From positions 5,290-69,289 of the forward strand of contig CASEMS010000003.1 in the NCBI GenBank assembly GCA_949288955.1: a stretch of 64,000 bases of DNA, in the 5' to 3' direction. The DNA is from an uncultured Lentisphaeraceae bacterium (lineage in GTDB: Bacteria > Verrucomicrobiota > Kiritimatiellia > RFP12 > DVOR01). Shown in pieces: positions 27,364-36,867 of the stretch. The notes beneath the pieces were generated by a model. It did no database searches, was not told where the DNA came from, and worked only from the letters and a program-made list of their open reading frames with translations. A program made the position numbers and the translations under genes. Every line of letters begins with the position of its first letter. Within the stretch, counting starts at the first letter, position 1.

Positions 27364-28776
27364 TCAGGGGACGAGCAGGGCGGTGTGCGGCGCGACCTTG
27401 TGGGCGGAGCCGTCGGGGAGGGTGATGGTCTGGGCGGCGTCGGAGTCGTTGAAGAGGCCGTGGATGGGCCGGGGGGCGATGTCCTTGCGGAGGACGAAGT
27501 AGTCCTTGGTCTCCTGCACGAGGGCGATGGGCGCGGCGGCGTGGCGTTGGTCGAGGGCGATGAGGTCGGGGTCGGTGAGGAGGGCCTTGGTCTCGGGGGC
27601 GAGGTGCTCAAGGTCGCTGGAGATGAGGAGGGGGGCGGAGAGGAAGCACCAGAGGGTCATCTGATAGCGTTGCTCGGCCTGGGTGAGGCGGCTGGGGCGG
27701 AAGGTTACGTTGGGGCGATTGGGGGTGCCGATGAGGCCGATTTGGAGGATGTCGGGGTCGTTCCAGTGGCCTTTGGAGGCGTGGGGGAGCCATTTGAGCT
27801 GGGCGCGGCCGATGGAGCGGATGGAGCCCCAGGTGTCCTGGATGTCGCCGGTGGTGCGCCAGAGCTGGGCGTGCTTGGCCAGACCGGGGAAGTTCTGGAT
27901 GGGGGCGGCGTTGGAGAGGCTGAGGACGATGTCGCGCCCGGCCTCGCGCAGATCCTTGGCGATGCGGGCGGTGGTGGGGACGTCGTTGGGCTTCCAATCC
28001 ACCTTCACGTAGTCAAAGCCCCACGCGGCCCACTGCTTGGCGTCCTTGTCGAAGCCCCAATGCTTGCCGATGCGGTCGCTGCCGGTGGTGTGGATCCCGG
28101 GGTAACGGCCATAGATCTGGCCGGGCTGGAGGCGCTTCTCGGGGGGAAGGGCCTTGGGCTCGCCGTCGTCGTAGGAACCGCCGCGGAAGCCGGCGTAGGT
28201 GGAGACCCAGGGGGAGGAGTAGAGACCGGCCTTGAGGCCGCGGGCGTGGATGGCGTCGCACAGGGCCTTCATGTCGGGGAACTTGGCGTTGGCCTGGAGG
28301 GCGCCGCCGGGGGTGCGCTCGCCCTGCCAGCAATCGTCGATGTTCACGAAGGCCCACCCGGCGTCGGCCAAGCCGCTTTCCTCAAGCAGACGGGCGATCT
28401 TCTCCATCCCCGCCTGGTTGACGGCCTCGGAATAGGAGTACCAACTGTTCCAGCCCATGGGGGGCGCCAGGCAGATGGCCTCGCCCACCCTGATGGTCAG
28501 GCGCTCCTCGACGCTCGCCTTGCCATCGCTGGCGCGGAGGACGACGGCGTGGTCGCCGGCCTTCTCCAAGCGGCCGCGGAGGGTGCGGCGGGCGGCGTCG
28601 AAGGTCAGCCCCTCGGGCAGACTGACGGCCTCGACGGTCGTGGCGCCGTGGACGGGCACGCGCCAGATAAGCTCGTGGCCGGGCCGGACGCCATATTCCT
28701 GGGCGCCGATGAAACGCGGCGCGGCGAGGGCGGCCCCGGCGGTGAGGGCGCAGAGGGTGAGAAGTGCGGTCTTCAT
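27364..28776 (-). CDS. Secreted GH27 alpha-galactosidase/alpha-GalNAcase with N-terminal Ig-like domain
   Basis: PPMGWNSW, NIDDCWQ, KFPDMKAL, GLKAGLYS, WGFDYVKVDW, LWRTTGDI, WNDPD. Confidence 0.93.
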   Translation of the reverse strand: MKTALLTLCALTAGAALAAPRFIGAQEYGVRPGHELIWRVPVHGATTVEAVSLPEGLTFDAARRTLRGRLEKAGDHAVVLRASDGKASVEERLTIRVGEAICLAPPMGWNSWYSYSEAVNQAGMEKIARLLEESGLADAGWAFVNIDDCWQGERTPGGALQANAKFPDMKALCDAIHARGLKAGLYSSPWVSTYAGFRGGSYDDGEPKALPPEKRLQPGQIYGRYPGIHTTGSDRIGKHWGFDKDAKQWAAWGFDYVKVDWKPNDVPTTARIAKDLREAGRDIVLSLSNAAPIQNFPGLAKHAQLWRTTGDIQDTWGSIRSIGRAQLKWLPHASKGHWNDPDILQIGLIGTPNRPNVTFRPSRLTQAEQRYQMTLWCFLSAPLLISSDLEHLAPETKALLTDPDLIALDQRHAAAPIALVQETKDYFVLRKDIAPRPIHGLFNDSDAAQTITLPDGSAHKVAPHTALLVP

Positions 28777-30146
28777 TTCGCGATGTTCCCTTCTTGTTTG
28801 GAAAAGACGGCGAGCGCGCGGATGCGCGGCGTGGCCTTGGCCTGCGTGACGCGCAGGCGCACGGCGGAGAGGGTGCGGGGGGCGAACGTAACAATGCGCT
28901 TGTGGCCGATGTTCGTGCCCGTGGCGAGGGGCGCCCAGCCCCCCTCCGCCAAGCCCTCCAGCACATAGGCCAAGACGCGCTCGCCGCCGGTCAGATCCTC
29001 CTGGAGGATGGCGCGGTCGAGGGTGGCCGGCGCGCCGAGGCGCACCTCCACCGTCTCCCCTTCCCCGGCGGCGGAGGCGAGGGGCGTGCCATACCGCGCG
29101 CGGATGGCGGCGCCGAACTCGGCCAATCGGCGGCAGTCGGCCTCGGGCACCAACCCACGGTCGTCGATGACGACGCCGAGGAGCATGTTGGTGTTGCGCC
29201 CGACGGTCTCCTCGTATTTCCGCATCAGCTGGGGCACGGTGAAGAGGCGGTCGTCCTGCCCCGCCTTCCAGAACCAGCCGCCCTGGAAGGCGGCGTTGTG
29301 GCGGAGGGTGAAATCGGCCTCGCCGGGGCACCAACGCGACGCGGCGGGGTCGCCGTGCAGCCCTTCGATGACGCGCGTGCCGTCGGCCTTGGTGGTCTCG
29401 GCGCAGGTCGCCCAGCAAGGGTCGGGCGCGGTGCCGGTCTCGTTGCCCACCCAACGGATCAGGTGCGGGTGGCTGGGCGGGCCCTGGAAGGCGATGGCCT
29501 GCGGCTGGAGTTCGCGCAACAGCGCGGCGACGTCCGCGCCGCCTTCCTTGCGGGCGAGGACGCCGCCATCGAACCAGATCTCGAAGAGCGGGCCGTAGTT
29601 CGTCCAGAGCTCGCGGAGCTGGGTCTCGACGATGGCGTTGTACTGCGCCTGGGTCACGGGGCCGCCGGGGCGGACGCGGCCGGGATTGTCCACCCAGAGG
29701 TAACCATTGGCGGTGGTGCTGGCATAGAGGCCGGGCTTGAGCCCCTCGCGGCGGCACGCCTCCACGAAGTCGCGCACGAGGTCGCCCTTGCCGCCCTGGT
29801 ACGGGGAGTGGGCGATGCTGTAGGCGTGCGCCTTGGTGGGCCAGAGGCTGAAGCCGCTGCAATGCTTGGCCACCAACACCGCGTAGGTCGCGCCGAGGCT
29901 CTTGGCCGCGCGGATCCACTGCCCCACGTCCAGCGCCGTGGGGTTGAAAGTCTCCGCGGGCGGATGGGAACCCCACCTGCGCCAGTTGTAATCGGGCCGG
30001 AAGACCGGCATATCGAAGTGGAAGAGCACCCCGATCTCCGCCTCCGCCCAAGCCCGCTGCGCCGCGCTCGGCACAACGATCCCCGGCTCCGCCGCACAGG
30101 CCGCGGCGGCCAAACCCACTGTCAGCGCGAACGCACTCAAACGCAT
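28773..30146 (-). CDS. Secreted alpha-L-fucosidase (GH29)
   Basis: AKHCSGFSLWPT, GDLVRDFVEACR, ELWTNYGPLFEIWFDG, IRWVGNETG, YEETVGRNTNMLL; C-terminal F5/8-like module (TNIGHKRI). Confidence 0.92.
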   Translation of the reverse strand: MRLSAFALTVGLAAAACAAEPGIVVPSAAQRAWAEAEIGVLFHFDMPVFRPDYNWRRWGSHPPAETFNPTALDVGQWIRAAKSLGATYAVLVAKHCSGFSLWPTKAHAYSIAHSPYQGGKGDLVRDFVEACRREGLKPGLYASTTANGYLWVDNPGRVRPGGPVTQAQYNAIVETQLRELWTNYGPLFEIWFDGGVLARKEGGADVAALLRELQPQAIAFQGPPSHPHLIRWVGNETGTAPDPCWATCAETTKADGTRVIEGLHGDPAASRWCPGEADFTLRHNAAFQGGWFWKAGQDDRLFTVPQLMRKYEETVGRNTNMLLGVVIDDRGLVPEADCRRLAEFGAAIRARYGTPLASAAGEGETVEVRLGAPATLDRAILQEDLTGGERVLAYVLEGLAEGGWAPLATGTNIGHKRIVTFAPRTLSAVRLRVTQAKATPRIRALAVFSKQEGNIAK

Positions 30147-30250
30147 GGCACACTCCTTTCGCCCCTCACACTACCAAACTTTGCCTTTCCCCACACGCGC
30201 CCCCCACCCCGCCCTCCTTCCTCTGCCCACACCCTGACGCACCCACGCAG

Positions 30251-30354
30251 CGTCAGCCCCTGACCCAAAGAGGATCAGCCCCTAGTCCAAGGTGGATCAG
30301 CCGCTGAGCCGAGGTGGATCGGCCGCTGAGCCGAGGAGGATCGGCCGATGATCG
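30251..30354. repeat. 22-bp palindromic repeat array (5 units)
   Basis: Units at ~30251, 30273, 30295, 30317, 30339, e.g. GGATCAGCCGCTGAGCC. Confidence 0.9.
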
Positions 30355-30399
30355 TCGCCGGGCGAGGGGCGAGGAGGTTTTTTGGTATACTGCGCGGAT

Positions 30400-31812
30400 A
30401 TGGGAAAGAGAGTCCGTTGGCTCGTGCAGGCGTTGGTGTTTGTGGTCGTGTTGGCCGCAGGCGCCTGGGTGCGCCTTGCGCATTTGGGTGCGCCGATGCC
30501 GATGCCGGACGAGGCGCCGGAACTGCTTGCCGCGGCGACGCGGGCGGAGGCGATGGCGCGGGTGCATTGGCCGGAAGGGGTGATGGCGCAGGTAACCCCC
30601 TTCCATGAGGCGGCGGCGTGTTGCGCGATGTTCCTGGGGCAGCATGAGGGGCCGGGCGGGGCGCGGAGCTATCGGCTCTTTGTCTTCGTGCTGTCGGCGC
30701 TGTTTCTGATCGGAATCCCGGCGTTGGGGCTGCGGCGGCGCGGCGGGGTCTTCGAGACGGCGGATGGGCCGCTGTGGGCGATGGCGTTCGCGGCGGCCGC
30801 GCCGGCGTTGGTGTGGCATGGGCAGATGTTCGGGCCGTTCGCGGGGCAGGCCTTCGCCTTCTTGGCGATGTTGGTGGCGGCGCGGGCCTATGCGCAGTGG
30901 CCGGGGTATTGCGCGGCGGCGGTGGTGGGCGCGTGCGTGGCGGTGGGGGTGGCGGTGGACGCGGATGTGCTGTGGGTGCTGGTGGCGTTGCTCCCGGCGT
31001 TGCTGGTGGGGGTGGGGTGGACGCGGCTGTGCCTCTATTGGCGGACGTCGCATGTGCTGATGGCGGTCGCGGTGGCGGTGGCGCTTTGCGCGGGGTTGGC
31101 GGAGCTGGGGATGTGGGGCGGCGCGCCGGATCTGCCGCGTCTGCCGGGGGCGCCGACGGATTGGGTGCGTGAGCCTGCGTGGCGGGCGGTGTGGCTGTGC
31201 GCGGGGGGGCTGGGGGCGTTGGCGTGGGTGGGGCTGACGGTGTGGGGGGGCTGGAAGGCGAGCAGGCGGTGGGCGCGCCTCTTCTCGGTGGCTTTCCCGT
31301 GTTGCTTCGTGGGGTCGCTCTTCTTCGACCGCGGGGGGGCCTTCGCGGTGCCGTTGGCGGCGTTGTCGCCGCTGATGCTGGGGTTGGCGGTGTCCACGGT
31401 GCCTTCGCCGTGGGTGCGCGGGGTGTTGGGGATGGCGGCGGCGGCGTTTCTGACGGCGTGGACGACGTGGGCGTTGGCGGTGGCCTGGCGCGACGTGCCC
31501 GCGCGCGAGGCCCAGCGCGAGGCGGCGCGGACGCTTCTGGCGATTTCCGCGGAGACGCCCGAGCGGCAGGGGGTGCGCCTGCGGGTTGGGACGGATGACC
31601 CGCGGATGTGCGCGGCGGCGGTCTGGCCGCTGCGGACCTCGGCGCGGCACGTGGCCTATGGCGCGGTTACGGTCTGCGACGACGCGGACATCGTGTTGGT
31701 GGAGGAGGGGCGGTTGGCCGGCCTGCCGCCGGGGGTCTGGCGCTTGGTGCGCCCGGGGGTGATTGCGTTGGGCGAGGGGCGGAGCTTCCGCGCCTTGGCC
31801 CCGGAACCGTGA
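30400..31812 (+). CDS. Multi-pass membrane protein, possibly a degenerate GT-C (ArnT/PMT-like) glycosyltransferase
   Basis: ~11 TM segments; first loop RLAHLGAPMPMPDE resembles the GT-C DE loop; heads the exosortase operon; TGGTATACT 8 nt upstream. Confidence 0.55.
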   Translation: MGKRVRWLVQALVFVVVLAAGAWVRLAHLGAPMPMPDEAPELLAAATRAEAMARVHWPEGVMAQVTPFHEAAACCAMFLGQHEGPGGARSYRLFVFVLSALFLIGIPALGLRRRGGVFETADGPLWAMAFAAAAPALVWHGQMFGPFAGQAFAFLAMLVAARAYAQWPGYCAAAVVGACVAVGVAVDADVLWVLVALLPALLVGVGWTRLCLYWRTSHVLMAVAVAVALCAGLAELGMWGGAPDLPRLPGAPTDWVREPAWRAVWLCAGGLGALAWVGLTVWGGWKASRRWARLFSVAFPCCFVGSLFFDRGGAFAVPLAALSPLMLGLAVSTVPSPWVRGVLGMAAAAFLTAWTTWALAVAWRDVPAREAQREAARTLLAISAETPERQGVRLRVGTDDPRMCAAAVWPLRTSARHVAYGAVTVCDDADIVLVEEGRLAGLPPGVWRLVRPGVIALGEGRSFRALAPEP

Positions 31813-31832
31813 AGACGATGGGAGGGAATGAC

Positions 31833-33449
31833 GTGGCGAAGCGATTGATCCGGCATCTGCCGTTCGTCCTCTTCATGCTGGCGGCGCTGACGTGGCTGTG
31901 GCCGGCGATAACCGGGACGCGGGGGACGATGACCGATGCCTCGCAGCATATGGAATATGTCTGGCTGGTGCCGTGCCTGGCGTTGGCGGTGCTGTGGGCG
32001 CGGCGCGACAGCGTGGTGCGCTCGCTGGGGCGCCCGGAACCGTTGTGGGCGTTGCCGCTGATCGTGCTCTCGGGGGCGTTGCTGTTCTTCGGGTTGCGCG
32101 GAGGGCAGACGCGCTTCCTCCAGGCCTCGGCGGTGTTGCTGCTGTTGGCGGCGCCGTTGGCGTGCTATGGGTGGCGGACGTTCCGGCTGACGTGGTTCCC
32201 GATCGTGCTCCTGGCCTTCGTGATGCCGGTGGGGTTCCTGGACAACTTCACGGTGCCGTTGCGGCGGGCCTCGGTGGCGGTGACGACGGTGATCCTGAAT
32301 GGTTTGGGCGTGGGCGTGCAGCAGGTGGGCACGGCCATCGTCTCGACGGGCACGCCGCCCTTCCAGCTGGACGTGGCGGATCCGTGCAGCGGCATCCGGT
32401 CGCTGGTGGCCCTGTTCGTCGGCACGGCGGCCTACGGCGCGTTCGCGCTGCGGGGGGTATGGCGGCGGTGGGCGCTGTTTTTGGCGAGCGTGCCGATCGC
32501 CTTCCTGGGGAACGTCCTGCGGCTGTTGCTGACGGCGCTGACGTGCAAGTGGATGGGGCAGTCCGCGGGGATGACGCTCCACGACAACGCCCTCTTCATC
32601 GTGGCGCCCATCTATGCGCTCTGCGTCTTCGGCTTGGCCGATTGGCTGCGCCGGGGGGATGCGCCCAAGCCGACGGAGGATGAGGCGCCCGCCGAGGCCA
32701 AGAAGCCCGCCCGGCGGTGGGCGGTGGCCGCGGTGGCGGTAATCGCGTTGGCGCTGCCGGGCTTCCGCCATTGGGCGGGGGAGATGCCGCCGTTGGAGTA
32801 TGAGAGCGACGCCTTCCTGAACAAATCCTTCGCCCATCTGCCGGGGGCGGTGAGCCATTACCCGTGGTTCTGTCAGGATCGCGCCTGCCTGTGGTCGCAG
32901 GATTTCGCGGAGGACGAGACGCCCCCGGCGGAGTGCCCGCGCTGCGGCGGGGAGGTGCGGCGCGTGAGCCGCGCGGAGCTGGACATCCTTCCGGCGGACA
33001 CGCAGTCGCGCAAGGTAACCTACCAATTGGCGAATGGCGACGTCTTCACGGTGGCGTTGGTGGTGGCGGGGCGCAGCCGCCTCTCCATCCACCGCCCGGA
33101 GCTGTGCCTGCCGGCCCAGGGATTCGTGATGAGCGAACGGGAGGTGCGCCCAATCCTGCCAGGGTTGCCGATGGCCTGTTTCTCGCTCAGCCGCAAGGGG
33201 CAGACGCGCACGAGCGGCTTCGCCTACGTCTTCCTCAACTCGCGCGGCGCCACGTGCTCCAACCTCCGCCGCGTGGTGGGCGACAGTCTGGAGCGTTCGC
33301 TCCGGAACCGCATCCAACGGTGGGCAATGGTTACGGTGAGCTGCCCGCAGCACGACTTCCAGACGCCCGAGGGCGAGGAGGCGTTGCGTCGCTTCATGGC
33401 CGAATGGTGGCCCACGGTCTGGGCCGCCGGGGAGCCGCCCCATGAGTGA
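31833..33449 (+). CDS. Exosortase (EpsH-type) fused to an EpsI-like domain
   Basis: VADPCSGIRS (Cys), GNVLR (Arg), LHD (His); EpsI-type SIHRPELCLPAQG; GGAGG RBS before GTG 31833 (alternative ATG 31818). Confidence 0.9.
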   Translation: MAKRLIRHLPFVLFMLAALTWLWPAITGTRGTMTDASQHMEYVWLVPCLALAVLWARRDSVVRSLGRPEPLWALPLIVLSGALLFFGLRGGQTRFLQASAVLLLLAAPLACYGWRTFRLTWFPIVLLAFVMPVGFLDNFTVPLRRASVAVTTVILNGLGVGVQQVGTAIVSTGTPPFQLDVADPCSGIRSLVALFVGTAAYGAFALRGVWRRWALFLASVPIAFLGNVLRLLLTALTCKWMGQSAGMTLHDNALFIVAPIYALCVFGLADWLRRGDAPKPTEDEAPAEAKKPARRWAVAAVAVIALALPGFRHWAGEMPPLEYESDAFLNKSFAHLPGAVSHYPWFCQDRACLWSQDFAEDETPPAECPRCGGEVRRVSRAELDILPADTQSRKVTYQLANGDVFTVALVVAGRSRLSIHRPELCLPAQGFVMSEREVRPILPGLPMACFSLSRKGQTRTSGFAYVFLNSRGATCSNLRRVVGDSLERSLRNRIQRWAMVTVSCPQHDFQTPEGEEALRRFMAEWWPTVWAAGEPPHE

Positions 33450-33759
33450 GGTGGAGGTGGCGGACACGCCGTTGGCGCGGATGCGTGGGCTGTTGGGGCG
33501 CGCGGGGCTGCCCCAAGGGCGGGCGTTGCTCATCGTGCCGTGCTCGGCCATCCATACGTTGGGGATGCGCTTCGCCATCGACGCGCGCTTCTTCGACCGG
33601 CAGGGTCGGCTGACGCGCCAGGCGCTGAATGTGCGCCCGGGGCGTTGGTGGGTCTGGGGCGGGTGGCGCGCGCACAGTGTGCTGGAGTGCGCGGCGGGCG
33701 ACCCGACCTTCCAAGGGTGCGGGACGTTGGCGCAGGCCAGAGGGAAGGAGATGTCGTGA
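33442..33759 (+). CDS. DUF192 family protein
   Basis: VEVADTPLARMRGLLGR, CSAIHTLGMRFAID, VLE. Confidence 0.85.
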   Translation: MSEVEVADTPLARMRGLLGRAGLPQGRALLIVPCSAIHTLGMRFAIDARFFDRQGRLTRQALNVRPGRWWVWGGWRAHSVLECAAGDPTFQGCGTLAQARGKEMS

Positions 33760-34550
33760 AGCTTTCGTTGATCACGGTCTGCTACGGCTCCGCGGACACG
33801 TTGCCCTCCGCGTTGGGAAGCGTCCTGCGCCAGCGCGGCGCGGATTATGAGTATCTGGTGGTCGATGGCGGCAGCCGCGACGCCACCGTCCCCCTCCTGC
33901 GGGAGTGGGAGCCGCGCTTCGAGGGGCGCCTGAAGTGGACGAGCGAGCCCGACCGCGGCCTCTACGACGCCATCAACAAGGGTATCGCCCGCGCCTCCGG
34001 CGACCTCATCGCCCTGCTCCATGCGGACGACATGCTTGATGGTGACGACATCCTGGCCCGTTGGTGCGCGCCATTCGCCGAGGATCCGACGCTCGACGCG
34101 GTCTATGGCGACATCCGCTTCGTCCCGCAACAGGCGGCGGGGCGCGAAGCGCCCACAATGCGCTACTACTCCGGCGCGCGTTGGCGGCCGTGGATGTTGC
34201 GCTGGGGCTTCATGCCGCCGCACCCGAGCTTCGCCATCCGCCGGGAGCGCTTCGCCGAGCTGGGCGGGTATCTGCCGGACGTCTTCCGTATCGCCGCCGA
34301 CCACGAGCTGTTGGTGCGCTTTCTCTACAAGGCCCGTCTGCGCACCCGCTATCTGCCGCTCTGCACCACCGCCATGCGCCTGGGCGGCCTCTCCACCGAT
34401 GGCCTCCGTGCGCGGATCCGCCTCAATCGGGAGATTGTCCGCGCCAACCGCATGAACGGCCTCTGGTGCTGTCTGCCCATGATGGCCCCGAAGTACGCCT
34501 ACAAAGTCTTCGAGGTCATCCTGCCCCGTCTGCGGGGAGGGAAACGATGA
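33756..34550 (+). CDS. Glycosyltransferase family 2 (WcaE-like)
   Basis: SLITVCY, VDGGSRD, SEPDRGLYDAINKG, HADD, PPHP, AADHELLVR. Confidence 0.9.
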   Translation: MKLSLITVCYGSADTLPSALGSVLRQRGADYEYLVVDGGSRDATVPLLREWEPRFEGRLKWTSEPDRGLYDAINKGIARASGDLIALLHADDMLDGDDILARWCAPFAEDPTLDAVYGDIRFVPQQAAGREAPTMRYYSGARWRPWMLRWGFMPPHPSFAIRRERFAELGGYLPDVFRIAADHELLVRFLYKARLRTRYLPLCTTAMRLGGLSTDGLRARIRLNREIVRANRMNGLWCCLPMMAPKYAYKVFEVILPRLRGGKR

Positions 34551-35227
34551 ACCTGCGCATCCATTCCTACGAAAGCCTCGGCGCGGTCGATGGCCCGGGC
34601 ATCCGCTTGGTCGTCTTCCTGCAAGGGTGCCCGCTCCGCTGCGTCTTCTGCCACAATCCCGACACGTGGCCCCTCACGGGCGGCACGGAGACGCCGGTGG
34701 ACGAGGTGGTGCGCCGCGCCCTGCGGATGCGCCCCTATCTGGGCAAGGAGGGCGGCGTAACCTTCTCCGGGGGCGAGCCGCTCCTTCAGGCCGAGGCCGT
34801 CTTGGAGGCCACCCGCGCCCTTCAGGCCCAGGGCATCCATGTGGCGCTCGACACCTCCGGCGCGGTCGACACGCCCGCCGCGTTGGCGCTTCTCGACGCG
34901 GTGGACTTGGTGTTGCTCGACGTGAAGAGCCCCACGCCCGAGGGCTTCCGCGCCGTAACGGGCGCCGACCCCCAACCTTATTGGAACGTGCTGGCCCACC
35001 TCCGCGCCACCCAGAAGCCGATCTGGGTCCGCCAGGTCGTCGCCAACGGGCTGAACGACACGCCCGCCGAGAAGGCCGCCACCCGTGCGCTGATCGACGG
35101 CCTCAATGTCCAACGCATCGACCGACTGCCTTATCATGAGTTAGGCGTTCACAAGTATGAGGCCCTCGGCATCCCTTACCGCGGCGCGCACCTGACGCCG
35201 CCCTCACCGGAGGCGCTCGCATGGTGA
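34547..35227 (+). CDS. pflA: Pyruvate formate-lyase activating enzyme (radical SAM)
   Basis: GAVDGPGIRLVVFLQGCPLRCVFCHNPDTW, GGVTFSGGEPLLQ, LDTSG, LPYHELGVHKY. Confidence 0.9.
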   Translation: MNLRIHSYESLGAVDGPGIRLVVFLQGCPLRCVFCHNPDTWPLTGGTETPVDEVVRRALRMRPYLGKEGGVTFSGGEPLLQAEAVLEATRALQAQGIHVALDTSGAVDTPAALALLDAVDLVLLDVKSPTPEGFRAVTGADPQPYWNVLAHLRATQKPIWVRQVVANGLNDTPAEKAATRALIDGLNVQRIDRLPYHELGVHKYEALGIPYRGAHLTPPSPEALAW

Positions 35228-36792
35228 CCCCGGGCGGCGAGACCGAATCCCTCCAGGCCTACCGCGAGCGACTGCGCGATGCGGGCGCCGCCCCCGCCGC
35301 GCCCGGCGGCCTCCGGATGCCCAAGAAGCCCCGCCCCTTCAATCCCTATCGGATGTTGGCCGGCACCTTCGCCGCGCTCATCCTGGTGGGCACCTTCCTC
35401 CTCAGCACGCCTTGGGCGCAGGCCGACGGGCTGTGGGCGTGGGTGCGCCCCGGCGCGCCGTTCGCGTGGGGCGACTGCTGGAAGGCCTTGCTCGACAATC
35501 TCTTCATGGCCACCTCCGCCTCCTGTGTTACCGGACTGGCGGTGGTCGACGTGCCCAGCACCTACAGTTTCTTCGGGCAGGCCGTCCTGCTCGGTTGCAT
35601 CCAGTTGGGCGGCATCAGCTTGGTCACGCTGGGCACGATGATCGTGGCGATCCTCCTTGGGCGCGTCCCCTTCGGCGGGGAAAGGCAGCTGGTGCTCAGT
35701 TTCGGGCGCGACCCCTCCGGGCACGCGGGGAGCCTGCTCTCGCAGACCTTCCGCTACGTCTTTGGCTTTGAGCTCACGGGCGCCTTCCTCCTCTTCCTGC
35801 GCTACCATTGGCACCACGGCTACGAACTCGGCCAAAGCCTTTGGTTCGCGCTCTTCCACGCCGTCAGCGCCTTCTGCAACGCAGGCATCTCGCTCCACTC
35901 CGAGAATCTCCTGGCCATGCGCGGCGACGTGCCGTACATGGTGGTCATCGCCCTTCTGGTCGTCGCCGGCGGCATCGGCTTCCTGGTCTTGTCCAACGTC
36001 TTCCAATATCGCTTCTGGCGGCGCGACCTGCGCGTCCGTGGGCGCATCTCGCTCCACTCCCGGCTTGTGCTCTGGATGTCGCTCATCCTCTGCGTCGGCG
36101 GCGGGCTCCTCTTCACCGTGCTGGAATGGAACGGCTCCCTGCGCCTCGACGACGGCCCCGGCCTCTGGGCCACCCTCACCGCCGGCGACTGGGCCCGTCT
36201 CCCCACCGCCCTCCACGCCGACATCGAGGAAGCCGTCGCCGGCTTCGCCCAGGCCGTCTTCTTCCGCACCGCGGGCTTCAACGCCATCCCGATGGATCAG
36301 GTCTCCTCCCCCGCCAACGTCCTCTCCGTCCTGCTCATGCTCGTGGGCGGCGCCCCCGGCTCGATGGCCGGCGGCATCAAGACCACCACGCTCCTGGTCG
36401 TCCTCCTCACCATCCGCGCCTACATCCGCGGCAACCCGTGGGTGCAGATCCACCGCCGCACGATCCCCGACCCCATCTGCCGCGAGGCGATGGTCATCCT
36501 CTTCTATTACCTTGCCATCGTCTTCCTCTTCTACTTCGTCCTGCTCTTCACCGAGCGTCCCCTCATCGCCGACCGCGGGGAGTTCGCCCTCTTCTACGAG
36601 GTCTCCTCCGCCGTCGGCACCGTCGGCGTCACCCTCAATGCCACGCCGCTCCTCACCCCCATTGGCCGCTTCCTCATTGCCCTGGCCATGTTCATTGGCC
36701 GTATCGGCCCCATCTCCCTTGCCCTCATGATGGCCTCCCGGGACGTCAAGCGCCACATCCGCTACCCCGAGGAAACCATCACCGTGGGCTGA
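35221..36792 (+). CDS. TrkH/KtrB potassium uptake membrane protein
   Basis: ATSASCVTGL, SAFCNAG, RTAGFN, GGIKTTT, SAVGTVG, MFIGRIGP, YPEETITVG. Confidence 0.92.
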   Translation: MVTPGGETESLQAYRERLRDAGAAPAAPGGLRMPKKPRPFNPYRMLAGTFAALILVGTFLLSTPWAQADGLWAWVRPGAPFAWGDCWKALLDNLFMATSASCVTGLAVVDVPSTYSFFGQAVLLGCIQLGGISLVTLGTMIVAILLGRVPFGGERQLVLSFGRDPSGHAGSLLSQTFRYVFGFELTGAFLLFLRYHWHHGYELGQSLWFALFHAVSAFCNAGISLHSENLLAMRGDVPYMVVIALLVVAGGIGFLVLSNVFQYRFWRRDLRVRGRISLHSRLVLWMSLILCVGGGLLFTVLEWNGSLRLDDGPGLWATLTAGDWARLPTALHADIEEAVAGFAQAVFFRTAGFNAIPMDQVSSPANVLSVLLMLVGGAPGSMAGGIKTTTLLVVLLTIRAYIRGNPWVQIHRRTIPDPICREAMVILFYYLAIVFLFYFVLLFTERPLIADRGEFALFYEVSSAVGTVGVTLNATPLLTPIGRFLIALAMFIGRIGPISLALMMASRDVKRHIRYPEETITVG

Positions 36793-36867
36793 CGCGCCCG
36801 CCCCGGCACCGCGCCCTTTCCCGGGCGCGCTTGGTTGGGCAAGGCATAAGTGTGGTATCATGAGGCC

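Noticed and set aside
27364-30153. Track ORFs suggesting fusions (27364-30153, 5894-10081, 58599-61712, 55910-58594, 61319-63889)
   Set aside because: The upstream parts are off-frame read-through of neighbouring genes; true starts with signal peptides or RBS are at 28776, 8282, 60072, 57917 and 61991.
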